From NCBI GenBank assembly GCA_040880545.1, contig JBBDIE010000099.1, forward strand, positions 15,944 to 79,943: a stretch of DNA of 64,000 nucleotides. Direction: 5' to 3'. A program made the position numbers and the translations under genes. The notes beneath the pieces were generated by a model. The model saw nothing but the letters and a program-made list of their open reading frames with translations. It did not search any database and was not told the origin of the DNA. Positions 35,841-45,108 of this stretch are shown piece by piece; the stretch's first letter is position 1; every line of letters starts with the position of its first letter. Origin of the DNA: Bacteroidales bacterium. GTDB lineage: Bacteria > Bacteroidota > Bacteroidia > Bacteroidales > GCA-2748055.

Positions 35841-36770
35841 ATGAAAAGACGTGACTTTTTACGTGGCACAGCCACAGCCGCAGCCGCAGCTTCTGTGGTA
35901 CCTGTATTTGCGACATCAGACCTTCCATCTGCTACTGCTTATAAAAAGAAAAAGAATTTCAACCTGAAATATGCTCCTCACTTCGGCATGTTCAGGAACC
36001 TGGCCGGCAACGATTTGTCCGACCAGCTCCAGTTTATGGCCGATGAAGGATTCACTGCCATGGAAGACAATGGCATGAAGGGACGTGAAGTGGCAGTGCA
36101 GGAAAAGATCGCATCGAAAATGGCCGGACTTGGAATGGAAATGGGTGTCTTCGTGGCGCATACCATCTATTGGAACAAGCCCGGACTCGCCAGTGGCGAT
36201 AAAGATCAGCGAGCGGAGTTCCTGGCAGAAATCAGGGATTCCGTCGAAGTGGCAAAACGGGTTAACGCCAAGTGGATGACCGTTGTGCCGGGCCATATTG
36301 ATCCGCGACAGGACATGGGTTACCAGACTGCCCATGTGGTGGAATCCCTCCGCAGGGCTTCCGAAATTCTGGAACCTCACAACCTGACCATGGTACTTGA
36401 ACCACTGAATTTCAGGGACCACCCCGGACTTTTCCTGAACAAAGCAGGACAGGCGTACGAAATCTGCAGGGCGGTTGACAGCCCCTCGTGCAAGATCCTC
36501 TTTGATATCTACCATCAGCAGATCCACGAAGGTAACCTGATCCCCAATATAGACCTTGCTTGGGATGAGATCGGCTACTTCCAGTGCGGAGATAATCCCG
36601 GCAGGAAAGAGCCCACCACCGGAGAAATCAATTATTTGAATGTATTTAAACATATACATGAAAAAGGATTTACCGGCATCGTAGGTATGGAGCATGGAAA
36701 TTCAATGGAGGGAACGACGGGGGAGAAAACTATCATAGAGGCTTACAGGAAGGTCGATGCATTTATCTGA
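35841..36770 (+). CDS. Tat-exported xylose-isomerase-like TIM-barrel protein (hydroxypyruvate isomerase / sugar-phosphate isomerase family)
   Basis: It has a twin-arginine signal MKRRDFLRGTATAAAAASVVPVFA. The body has the AP-endonuclease-2/xylose-isomerase-like pattern (..LEPLN..DHPG.., FDIYHQQIHEGN, GMEHG). Confidence 0.7.
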   Translation: MKRRDFLRGTATAAAAASVVPVFATSDLPSATAYKKKKNFNLKYAPHFGMFRNLAGNDLSDQLQFMADEGFTAMEDNGMKGREVAVQEKIASKMAGLGMEMGVFVAHTIYWNKPGLASGDKDQRAEFLAEIRDSVEVAKRVNAKWMTVVPGHIDPRQDMGYQTAHVVESLRRASEILEPHNLTMVLEPLNFRDHPGLFLNKAGQAYEICRAVDSPSCKILFDIYHQQIHEGNLIPNIDLAWDEIGYFQCGDNPGRKEPTTGEINYLNVFKHIHEKGFTGIVGMEHGNSMEGTTGEKTIIEAYRKVDAFI

Positions 36771-36777
36771 GCTTTGA

Positions 36778-36915
36778 CACTACAGACTTTTTCAGCAGAC
36801 CCTATGTAAATGAGCAATTCCCCGACAAGCATAACGCTGAACCGAGTGCAACGAGCTCACGAATACCGCTGAAAATAAACTTTTCACGAGTATATCGGAC
36901 ATTATGACCAGCCAC
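36778..36915. repeat. Intergenic repeat element (family member B, chimeric)
   Basis: Three segments match other family members:
- 36778-36807 (cactacagactttttcagcagaccctatgt) matches 43460-43489.
- 36805-36836 matches the reverse complement of 17018-17049 (~28/32).
- 36892-36915 matches the reverse complement of 16992-17015.

A ~55-nt insert separates the last two segments. Confidence 0.7.
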
Positions 36916-39842
36916 TAGTTAAACAGATCCAGGATCTCTTCCTTCCGCATATTTCTCAACGGATTATTTGTGGTTACGAACGTTTTGGCCAGCTCCGATT
37001 TTCGTTGTTGCAGCAACAGTATCTTTTCCTCAACCGTATGGTTGGAGATGAACCTGTAAACAAATACATTTTTATCCTGCCCGATCCTGTGTGCCCTGCT
37101 GAGCGCCTGCAATTCAGCTGCAGGATTCCACCATGGATCCAGAATAAACACATAATCGGCTGCCGTGAGGTTCAAACCAACACCTCCCGCTTTTAGTGAG
37201 ATCAGAAATATCCTGCATTCAGGGTCTCCCTGGAATTTATCCACCTGTGCCGCCCTGTCGGTTGTGGATCCGGTAAGACGGGCATACCGCCAGTCCAGCG
37301 CATCCAGTTGCCGCCCATAAAGATCAAGATGCTTCACGAAGGAGGAAAATACAAGGACCTTATGTCCTTCCGTAACAATACTTTCAATGTTCCTGAATAC
37401 TTCATCGTATTTCCCCGACCCGGCTTCGTACTCGTCATCCACCAGCCCCGGGTGGTTGGATATCTGGCGTAACCTGGTGAGGGCCTTCAGTACCATCATG
37501 GTGGAACTCTCCATTCCTATCTCCGTGAGATTCTCAAGTAACGCGTTTCTTACAGACGATTTTTCTTCCTCATAGATCCTGTTTTGCTCATCTGTCATGT
37601 TGCAGTAACGATACTGCTCATACAGAGGCGGTAATTCCTTGGCCACCTCCTCTTTCGTTCTACGAAGTATAAACGGATTGATCAGCTCCTTCAAACGCAG
37701 CTCCTGCTCCTTGTTTCTCTTTTTCTCAATAGTTTTTACAAATTGCTTTTTGAAGAAGTTGAGATTGCCAAGCAATCCTTCATTCACAAAATTGATCTGC
37801 GACCAGAGGTCAGTCAGAGAATTTTCAATGGGCGTGCCTGTCAGAACGAGCTTGTGCCGGGCATTGAGTTCTATCATCGCCTTGTATAACTTGGAATGGG
37901 GATTCTTGATCATCTGGCTCTCATCCAGAATTACATAATGGAACCCGTACTCATGCAGAAATTCAATATCCTGCCTTACTGTATGGTAACTGGATATGAT
38001 TACATCATAATACCTGAAGTTGTCGGTAGAACGTTCCCGTCCCACTCCCACATGCGCCAGTACCTTCATGGATGGTGCAAAACGCTGCAATTCATTGATC
38101 CAGTTTTGTATCAACGATGCAGGTACCACTACCAGTGAAGTGGGATGAACATTCCCCGTACTGAAGAGGGTTAGCTGTCCCTCCTCCGGCGTCTCCTCAT
38201 TGGTTGAAGTTACATGTTGCTCTTTGTTATACTGGAGCAGCGCGATTGCCTGTAGTGTTTTTCCCAGCCCCATGTCATCGGCCAGGCATCCTCCGAAACC
38301 ATTCTCCTGCAAGAGCCATAGCCAGGCATATCCCTCTATCTGGTAACTGCGCATCTCTATCTTTAATCCAACCGGAACAGGGATTTCGGGGAGGTCCTGG
38401 ATCCTGTTAAGTTGCTCCAGTGCTTCGATAGTAGATGCATGTCTTTTACGTAAGGCATCATCCACCTGAGAAAAATGCTGTTTGTGAACCCTCAGCGTAT
38501 CTTCCTCCACCTGTCCGAACTGAAACAACGACCTGTAATTGGTAAACCACTCCTCCGGTATTACAGCGAAGGTTTTATCAGGCAACTGGAACAAACGGTC
38601 CCCATTCAATATGTGGTTCTTTAATTTTATGAAGGGAAATTTGAATTCGCCAAATACCACCTCGATCATCAGGTCGAACCAATCTGTTTTTTCATGTGAA
38701 GCAATTTTTAATTCCACAGGTTTGATATAGTAACTCCGGTCCAGTTTTTGTCCCACGACAAATCTGTTTTCTTCCAGATAATCATAATGATCATTGGTAA
38801 ATTTAATTGACTCGTATAGTCTATCCTGAGCGGTATTGCCTGACCATTTTCTTAAAGTATAACTGGTACCGTCCCGGCTTTTCATTCCGATCTCATCCAG
38901 CGCCACTTCAAGTTGTTCTTCCCAGGCTTCGTCACGAACAAACCTGGTAAATTGAAAGTGGTCCTTTTCCGCAGTAAAATTTACAAATCTCCACTGCCGG
39001 GAGGCTGGATAGATCGTGTGCTTATTATATGTGAGCGATAATACCCAGACAGGTTCCTGATTCAGTCCTAACTCCAGGGTAAGTTGAGCCCTTTTTTCAG
39101 GTACCGTGTCATTTACTTCAAATCCGCTGACTTTTACAACATCGTGGTCCCGAAGTGTGTTTGCAATAAATGAGGAATAGTACTTAACCTCGGAGGACTT
39201 CTGTATGGCCACATGTTCTTTGGTGAAAAATGGGGTTAGTTTTCTCCCTTCGATCCCCTTGATGAAATATATCTCTTTATCAAGCATCACAACAGCCGGA
39301 TTGTTGGAGATCACCTCTCCCTCTCTGTGAATAAGCTCAACATCGTTATTTTCATGGATCATTGAAAGATGATACCTGGTATGTTCCTCCGTTCTCTGAA
39401 AATGGATCACCGGCCTGGCCGGTTTACGGTTCAGTTTTAAAAAATCATCACTAAAAATGTTTTGTCTTGATCTTTCTTTGATAAAAACCTTAAAATTATT
39501 CATGGCAGCGATTTCAAGCACCTGGAACAACCGTTTTTCGATATAGGGCCTGATATGTTCCCGGATGGTGACCGCATCAATCGTGTCCTGAAACTCTTTT
39601 ACCGTCTTCTTTTTGGAAAACAACCGGTGCAAAATTTTGTCGTTGTATTCATCGATTAAATTAACTGCCTCCTGCTGCATCGGCGACAGCTTTTTATATG
39701 AAACTGATTGCTCATTCTTCAGCAGAATCTCCCCGGTTACATAATAGAGCGAAACCTCATCCTTTTCCAGAAGCTGGGGTATAAGTATGCTTCCCCACAG
39801 ACGATGAGGTATATAACCCAACGCGAAAAAAAAATTTTTCAT
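36915..39842 (-). CDS. SNF2-family DEAD/DEAH-box helicase (RapA/HepA-like)
   Basis: 975 aa. The motifs seen are:
- Motif I: LADDMGLGKTLQAIA
- Motif II: DEAH-box equivalent VILDESQMIKN
- Motif III: LVLTGTPIENSL
- Helicase C: VLVFSSF.., LISLKAGGVGLNLTAADYVFILDPWWNPA, QALSRAHRIGQ. Confidence 0.9.
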   Translation of the reverse strand: MKNFFFALGYIPHRLWGSILIPQLLEKDEVSLYYVTGEILLKNEQSVSYKKLSPMQQEAVNLIDEYNDKILHRLFSKKKTVKEFQDTIDAVTIREHIRPYIEKRLFQVLEIAAMNNFKVFIKERSRQNIFSDDFLKLNRKPARPVIHFQRTEEHTRYHLSMIHENNDVELIHREGEVISNNPAVVMLDKEIYFIKGIEGRKLTPFFTKEHVAIQKSSEVKYYSSFIANTLRDHDVVKVSGFEVNDTVPEKRAQLTLELGLNQEPVWVLSLTYNKHTIYPASRQWRFVNFTAEKDHFQFTRFVRDEAWEEQLEVALDEIGMKSRDGTSYTLRKWSGNTAQDRLYESIKFTNDHYDYLEENRFVVGQKLDRSYYIKPVELKIASHEKTDWFDLMIEVVFGEFKFPFIKLKNHILNGDRLFQLPDKTFAVIPEEWFTNYRSLFQFGQVEEDTLRVHKQHFSQVDDALRKRHASTIEALEQLNRIQDLPEIPVPVGLKIEMRSYQIEGYAWLWLLQENGFGGCLADDMGLGKTLQAIALLQYNKEQHVTSTNEETPEEGQLTLFSTGNVHPTSLVVVPASLIQNWINELQRFAPSMKVLAHVGVGRERSTDNFRYYDVIISSYHTVRQDIEFLHEYGFHYVILDESQMIKNPHSKLYKAMIELNARHKLVLTGTPIENSLTDLWSQINFVNEGLLGNLNFFKKQFVKTIEKKRNKEQELRLKELINPFILRRTKEEVAKELPPLYEQYRYCNMTDEQNRIYEEEKSSVRNALLENLTEIGMESSTMMVLKALTRLRQISNHPGLVDDEYEAGSGKYDEVFRNIESIVTEGHKVLVFSSFVKHLDLYGRQLDALDWRYARLTGSTTDRAAQVDKFQGDPECRIFLISLKAGGVGLNLTAADYVFILDPWWNPAAELQALSRAHRIGQDKNVFVYRFISNHTVEEKILLLQQRKSELAKTFVTTNNPLRNMRKEEILDLFN

Positions 39843-39990
39843 TATTAATGATGGCTCCTCTTAAGGTAAGCTGCAATGATGGGAAATAACAGGGAGAATT
39901 CAAAGCCTTGTTGATAAATTGTTTTTGCCCGGCCTCCGTATCAATATGAGCCTGGTTTCTCTTCCCCGATCTTTCATGCTCCGGACTCCT

Positions 39991-42900
39991 TTACCGGTAT
40001 TTATCCCTTTGATCGCGCAACTTCACTTCCAGTACATCTCCTTTGCCATAAACAGTCATAACCACAAATTTTTGTGCCTGCATTTGTTGTATTTCACCCT
40101 CCTCTTCCTGCTGTTTCCGTTGTTGATTGGAAAGAATGTTCCAGGCTGTTCCGCCGGCTAACCTTGGCGGTACCCTCAACAAATAAAGAAAATCTCCCTG
40201 GAATCCCTGTTCTCCCTCTATCAGGATGAGCCCCAGTGTAGACTGTATATTCATTAAAGGTACCTGTACCCTGCCATCCTGAATCATGAAGTTATAGCCG
40301 TTCATCTCACCGAATTTGACATTGTCCAGATCCTTGTTTCCTGTAAATCTGGCAAGTGCATGCAGCGGGGTAAAATTCTTTACCCTGCCAGTGGTCAGTC
40401 CGGCATTAAACATGGCTGTACTGTTTTCCAGGTCAATTGAAAAATCAGGATTAATGAAGAATTCGGCAATTCCGTTGGCAGAGAGGATCCCGTTGAAGTT
40501 GTCTTCCAATGAATAGACTGTATCTGCCAGTGCAAATTGAAGGTTAAAGTCATTTACACTTACTGTGTCAATGTCCAGATTGGCACCCAGGACATACTGC
40601 TCCGGGTCCGATACATTGAAGTATCCGTCAAGAGCAACGGATCCCCCTGTTTCAGTCTGAACCACGAAATCATCAAAATAAATGACCTTGTATGGCTTCA
40701 GTACAATTCTTCCATTGAGATTTTGCAGATTATTGCCTGCATAACGCAGCCGTTTCACATCCAGGTTCATGGTAACATCCGGTAATTCAAGCATACGCCC
40801 ACTCTTTGACTCCCCTTGATTTTCTTTGATTTTCACAGTATCTCTCTTTGCCGATGATATGCCAACAAAAGGGTAGTTCAGGATCTCATCAACCTCCAGT
40901 AACTCTGAACGAATATCCAAATTTCCGGAAATCGTTCTGGTACTATCCAGAATATTTGCAAGGGAGGCCCGCAGGTCCAAATTACTCTGTCCCAATGATC
41001 CTTTTAGCCTGTTAATTATGAGGAGACTATCGATATGCCGGATATCAATGTCAGAAAAATTCAATGAAAGAGGAAAGTCGCTGAATTCCATATTGAATTC
41101 ATTACACAAAAAATCAAAATTAGGTAATATGCTGTCATTTAAAAGATTTCCAATTGTTGATTCAATACTTCCCGCAAATCTGAATTGATTAATTTTTTCC
41201 CCGATCCAGTTTTGTGGAAGAAATCGAAATTTATTATTGAATGTTAGCAATTCCCCTACCATCAGTTCTTCCGAGCCAAGATCAATTGAAAAACGGATAT
41301 TTGCACTGCTGTCTTTTTTGATGAACCCATTATAATTCTTCAATTCGGCCTCCATACGAATATAGCTTTTCCCAATGAAACCATTCATCTCAGAGATAGT
41401 TACACGCTCCTCATCCAGGTATACCAGAAAATTCAGCCGGGAAACATCTGTATAACCGGGTATACCGGCATGAAAATCCTGAACATCAAGATGAATGGCA
41501 GGAATTTTATTCTGCCTGAGGGCCTCTTCAAAATTTTTTTCCGCAAATTGACCCCTCAACCTGAAACCCATGTTCCGGAAAGGTTCTGTAAAACTTGTGT
41601 CTCCGGTAAATTGATTTAGTTGGAGTTCGTTTGTTGCAATACGGATGTTCGCCACAGGATCTGCCTCAAAACCCATAAAATAAGGTAGTATATCGATCAC
41701 TTCGCCTTCCAGGAAAATTTCATTACTGTCAATCACTATCCTTGTGTCCCTGAGACCAAGGATCTCTTTTTCCAGATAAAGTTCCCCTGCAAGTTGTTCC
41801 ACTTTGTGGCCGGGAAGCAAGAACTGCACATCGTTCATCATGATCCGCAGGGCTCCGGCATGATCCAGAAAATTTCCCGAAGCTTTGTCGATGATCCCGT
41901 CTAATTCCCCTGAAAATTGCAATGTTCCCTTTAGATGCTGCATTTTTTCTGAACTAATTATCTCATCAATGACAGAGAGATCCGCATCACCTTTGATGGC
42001 TAATTGTACTTTCGGCGTTACCAGGTTTGTAACATGTATATCGGCATCAACACCCCCTTTGGGAAAGGTAACATGAAAATCGTTGAGCCTGACCTCTGCT
42101 TCTGAAAAATCCTTTTTTGCTCCGTTTGTGGCGCTACCCTTAAATCTGATTTGGGTAATGGACTGATCGATCGAATGGATCCTGAATCCCATATCCTCGG
42201 CAACAAAGTTTACCTTCACCTGTGGAATGCTGTCTTTAAAGGCCCCCATAATCTTTCCATCGAACCGTATCCTTCCCTCTCCAATTTGTTCAATTGCATT
42301 CATATCAAGTACTCCGTTCAACAGGAAATTCAGCAATTCTATCCCCGAGTTCCTGGCTGAAAAGTCCAATGCCATAAAATCATCCCGGAGGTTAAGTTTG
42401 CCACTAAGTTCCATAATTGCATAGTTCAGGTCAAGCATGCTGTTATCAAGTGATACAACCTGGTTAAGCTGGTCGTAATTCATTGCCGTACTGAAGGAGA
42501 CGGTTTTTGGCCTGTCGAAGGCCATCTTTCCAAACAGTACATTGCTGATCTCCATGTGCGACATCAATGATGCAGTGATCGTATCGGGATAATAAGAAAA
42601 ACCGCTCTCCAGTCCGTTTATTTTCAAATCAAAATTAGACTTGCCTGGCAGATCCCTGTATTTAACAGTCAGATCCCGGAGCTGAAGCTGTTCCAGATCC
42701 AAAATAAGCGAACTGCTGTCCTCCTTCAGGGTATCCGAAGAAGGGCTTTCTCCGAACCTGATACCCAGGGCTTTTTCAATATTCGAAATAGAATCAGTTC
42801 CCACCATGTAATTGATCTCCCCTGTCCTGATACTGACCCTTGATATTTTATATTGTCCTTTTATCAGACTGACAATATCCAGGGACACAAATAGATTCTC

Positions 42901-43188
42901 CATACGTAAAACCGGTACAGAATCATACAAACCAGTACCGGAAAGGCCTGTTGAATACTGGAAGCCTTTCAATTGCAAAGAAATATCGCGAAACTTCATG
43001 AAGGGGCTGAGGTTCAGTTTTTCTATGGAGACTACTCCCGGTTGCAATTCATTCACATAATCCACTGTTTTTTCGGTTATCTTCCCCCGGAAAAGGTAAA
43101 AGAGGAGTACAAAAAGCACTACCAGCGATACGAGGCCCAGAACTATTCGTAACAACCATTTAAAAATATTTCTGAGCACTTTATTCAT
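39991..43188 (-). CDS. AsmA-family / AsmA-like large envelope protein
   Basis: 1065 aa with a single N-terminal TM anchor (WLLRIVLGLVSLVVLFVLLFYLF), followed by ~1000 aa of repetitive beta-rich sequence. The assignment rests on architecture only. Confidence 0.5.
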   Translation of the reverse strand: MNKVLRNIFKWLLRIVLGLVSLVVLFVLLFYLFRGKITEKTVDYVNELQPGVVSIEKLNLSPFMKFRDISLQLKGFQYSTGLSGTGLYDSVPVLRMENLFVSLDIVSLIKGQYKISRVSIRTGEINYMVGTDSISNIEKALGIRFGESPSSDTLKEDSSSLILDLEQLQLRDLTVKYRDLPGKSNFDLKINGLESGFSYYPDTITASLMSHMEISNVLFGKMAFDRPKTVSFSTAMNYDQLNQVVSLDNSMLDLNYAIMELSGKLNLRDDFMALDFSARNSGIELLNFLLNGVLDMNAIEQIGEGRIRFDGKIMGAFKDSIPQVKVNFVAEDMGFRIHSIDQSITQIRFKGSATNGAKKDFSEAEVRLNDFHVTFPKGGVDADIHVTNLVTPKVQLAIKGDADLSVIDEIISSEKMQHLKGTLQFSGELDGIIDKASGNFLDHAGALRIMMNDVQFLLPGHKVEQLAGELYLEKEILGLRDTRIVIDSNEIFLEGEVIDILPYFMGFEADPVANIRIATNELQLNQFTGDTSFTEPFRNMGFRLRGQFAEKNFEEALRQNKIPAIHLDVQDFHAGIPGYTDVSRLNFLVYLDEERVTISEMNGFIGKSYIRMEAELKNYNGFIKKDSSANIRFSIDLGSEELMVGELLTFNNKFRFLPQNWIGEKINQFRFAGSIESTIGNLLNDSILPNFDFLCNEFNMEFSDFPLSLNFSDIDIRHIDSLLIINRLKGSLGQSNLDLRASLANILDSTRTISGNLDIRSELLEVDEILNYPFVGISSAKRDTVKIKENQGESKSGRMLELPDVTMNLDVKRLRYAGNNLQNLNGRIVLKPYKVIYFDDFVVQTETGGSVALDGYFNVSDPEQYVLGANLDIDTVSVNDFNLQFALADTVYSLEDNFNGILSANGIAEFFINPDFSIDLENSTAMFNAGLTTGRVKNFTPLHALARFTGNKDLDNVKFGEMNGYNFMIQDGRVQVPLMNIQSTLGLILIEGEQGFQGDFLYLLRVPPRLAGGTAWNILSNQQRKQQEEEGEIQQMQAQKFVVMTVYGKGDVLEVKLRDQRDKYR

Positions 43189-43244
43189 TCGTAGATATTT
43201 TGGGTAAATGTCACTATTTCTAATAACATAATATGCGTTTTCTT

Positions 43245-43489
43245 ACATAGGGCCTGCTGAAAAACATGAAATATATTTATTATCAGTACGTTAGACTATT
43301 TATTCTATTAAAAAGTGCAAGGTTTTTTGGAAATCAGATAAATAAACCTGCATTTTTCAGAAGAATAATTCCTCATTAGTCTGTAGCACATCATCTACTG
43401 CGTTGGCTGCAGCTCGCAGTATTACTATACAGCGTCGCTTTGCCGCCTTGTAGCTGATGCACTACAGACTTTTTCAGCAGACCCTACAT
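43245..43489. repeat. MITE-like intergenic element (family member C) with terminal inverted repeats
   Basis: The terminal inverted repeats are acatagggcctgctgaaaaa (43245-43264) and tttttcagcagaccctacat (43470-43489). An internal hairpin pairs gtctgtagcacatcatctac (43380-43399) with gtagctgatgcactacagac (43450-43469). The core (ctgcgtt..gct / tcgc..gccttg) resembles element A. Confidence 0.65.
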
Positions 43490-43618
43490 ACACCAAATAT
43501 TAAAAATACAAAAGTTTACATGAATCTGCTTCGAAAGAAATATCCAGGGATAAATTTCCCCGAAATTCTTATCCTTCCTTTAAATAACCTGGTTAATAAT
43601 TATTAAATTGCCTGAAAT

Positions 43619-44707
43619 ATGCCCCTTATGAAACGATCTGTTGTTGCTTTATTAACACTGGTTTATGCAATTACATCCACCGGACAACAAAGAGGTATAA
43701 TTGCTGTTCCTGATATTCCCGGATATGAGACCCTGGTTTGCGATTTTCATCTTCATACCGTTTTTTCAGACGGACTTGTCTGGCCTACAGTAAGGGTCGA
43801 TGAAGCATGGTATGAAGGGTTGGATGCAATTGCCATTACCGACCATCTGGAATACCTCCCCCACGAAGAATTTATCCGGACGGACCATAATCAGCCATGG
43901 CAGCTGGCCAAACAATATGCTGCAAACAAAGATGTTATCGTGATCGCGGGAACTGAAATTACAAAGGAAATGCCCCCGGGTCACTTTAATGCGTTGTTTA
44001 TAAAGGATGCCTCTGCAATTCTGAATGATGACTATGAAAAAGCGATCGAAAAGGCTGTTGATCAGGGGGCCTTCATAATCTGGAACCATCCCGGCTGGGT
44101 TGTACAGCAACCGGATACCATGAAATGGTGGGACGAACACACCTCGCTGTATGATAAGGGTTGGTTGCATGGGATAGAAGTGGTGAACAGTGATGAATAT
44201 TATCCTGAAGCAATCAACTGGGCCAGGGCCAGGGAGCTTACCATGATGGGGAACAGCGACAAGCATGGTCCCTTTTTGTCCGGGAAATTTACACCGGAAG
44301 ATCACCGGTCCTGCACGTTTGTGTTTGCCACCGGGCGCTCCGAAGGGGCAATCAGGGAAGCATTGTTCAACAACAGAACAGCTGCATACATTGGAAAAAA
44401 TGTTATAGGGAAAAGTTCCCTGCTGGAGGCGCTCTTCCTTCAATCTGTCAGACTTAAACCACCGAACCCGGAACGACAATTCTATTACTTTACAAACAAT
44501 ACCGATTTGCAATTTGACCTCTTACTCGAAGATGTGATCTACGGCGACTGGCAGAAGAAAATCACCATTCATCCAGGCCATGAATCTGTGTTCAGCTTAC
44601 ATCCGGAATCAACCCCTGAAGATATACAAGTAAGTGTGCTTAATTTTTTAACTGGTTCAGATGAAGTATTAAAACTATCATTTTCAGCAATTAAACCTGT
44701 TCAATAA
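43619..44707 (+). CDS. Secreted PHP-domain metallo-phosphoesterase
   Basis: 362 aa with a signal peptide. It has the PHP signature CDFHLHTVFSDG plus downstream His/Asp motifs (AITDHLEY, GHFNAL, WNHPGW, NSDKHG). Confidence 0.7.
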   Translation: MPLMKRSVVALLTLVYAITSTGQQRGIIAVPDIPGYETLVCDFHLHTVFSDGLVWPTVRVDEAWYEGLDAIAITDHLEYLPHEEFIRTDHNQPWQLAKQYAANKDVIVIAGTEITKEMPPGHFNALFIKDASAILNDDYEKAIEKAVDQGAFIIWNHPGWVVQQPDTMKWWDEHTSLYDKGWLHGIEVVNSDEYYPEAINWARARELTMMGNSDKHGPFLSGKFTPEDHRSCTFVFATGRSEGAIREALFNNRTAAYIGKNVIGKSSLLEALFLQSVRLKPPNPERQFYYFTNNTDLQFDLLLEDVIYGDWQKKITIHPGHESVFSLHPESTPEDIQVSVLNFLTGSDEVLKLSFSAIKPVQ

Positions 44708-44811
44708 ATCTCGTGTGGATTAAATAAAAAAGTGTAATTTTGTTATATACTGCAATTTTGAATTATAGGAAAAAGTTCAATTAGCGGGAACAGAATCTTA
44801 AATCATACAAC

Positions 44812-45042
44812 ATGAAAAAAAGAGTATTTCGATCCTTAGCGGGCTTTATTATCCTTGCCTCAATCACATTACCAGCCTGTGAGTTTCTTGAAGATTGCGG
44901 AACGTGTGAGTTTGTTACAGATGATGGTACAGATATTACCTATGGTACACCCCTGCTATTTTGTGGTGACTCTTATGCCGATAAAGTAAATTCTTCACCC
45001 ACAACTATTGGTGGGACCACCACCTACTGGAATTGTTATTGA
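44812..45042 (+). CDS. Small Cys-rich lipoprotein
   Basis: 76 aa with lipobox TLPAC-EF and five further Cys. Confidence 0.45.
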   Translation: MKKRVFRSLAGFIILASITLPACEFLEDCGTCEFVTDDGTDITYGTPLLFCGDSYADKVNSSPTTIGGTTTYWNCY

Positions 45043-45108
45043 CATCACCATCGTTGAAAAAATTGAGCCGTGATAAGATATCACAGCTTTATAATCTGCT
45101 CCTCAAAT

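Noticed and set aside
35916-36695. 259-aa antisense ORF opposite the Tat-signal isomerase gene
   Set aside because: It fully overlaps a CDS with clear family motifs and a Tat signal. Its translation has no recognisable features. It is a typical antisense shadow ORF.
43766-44512. 248-aa antisense ORF opposite the PHP phosphoesterase gene
   Set aside because: The same reasoning applies. The plus-strand CDS carries the PHP HxH signature and a signal peptide.
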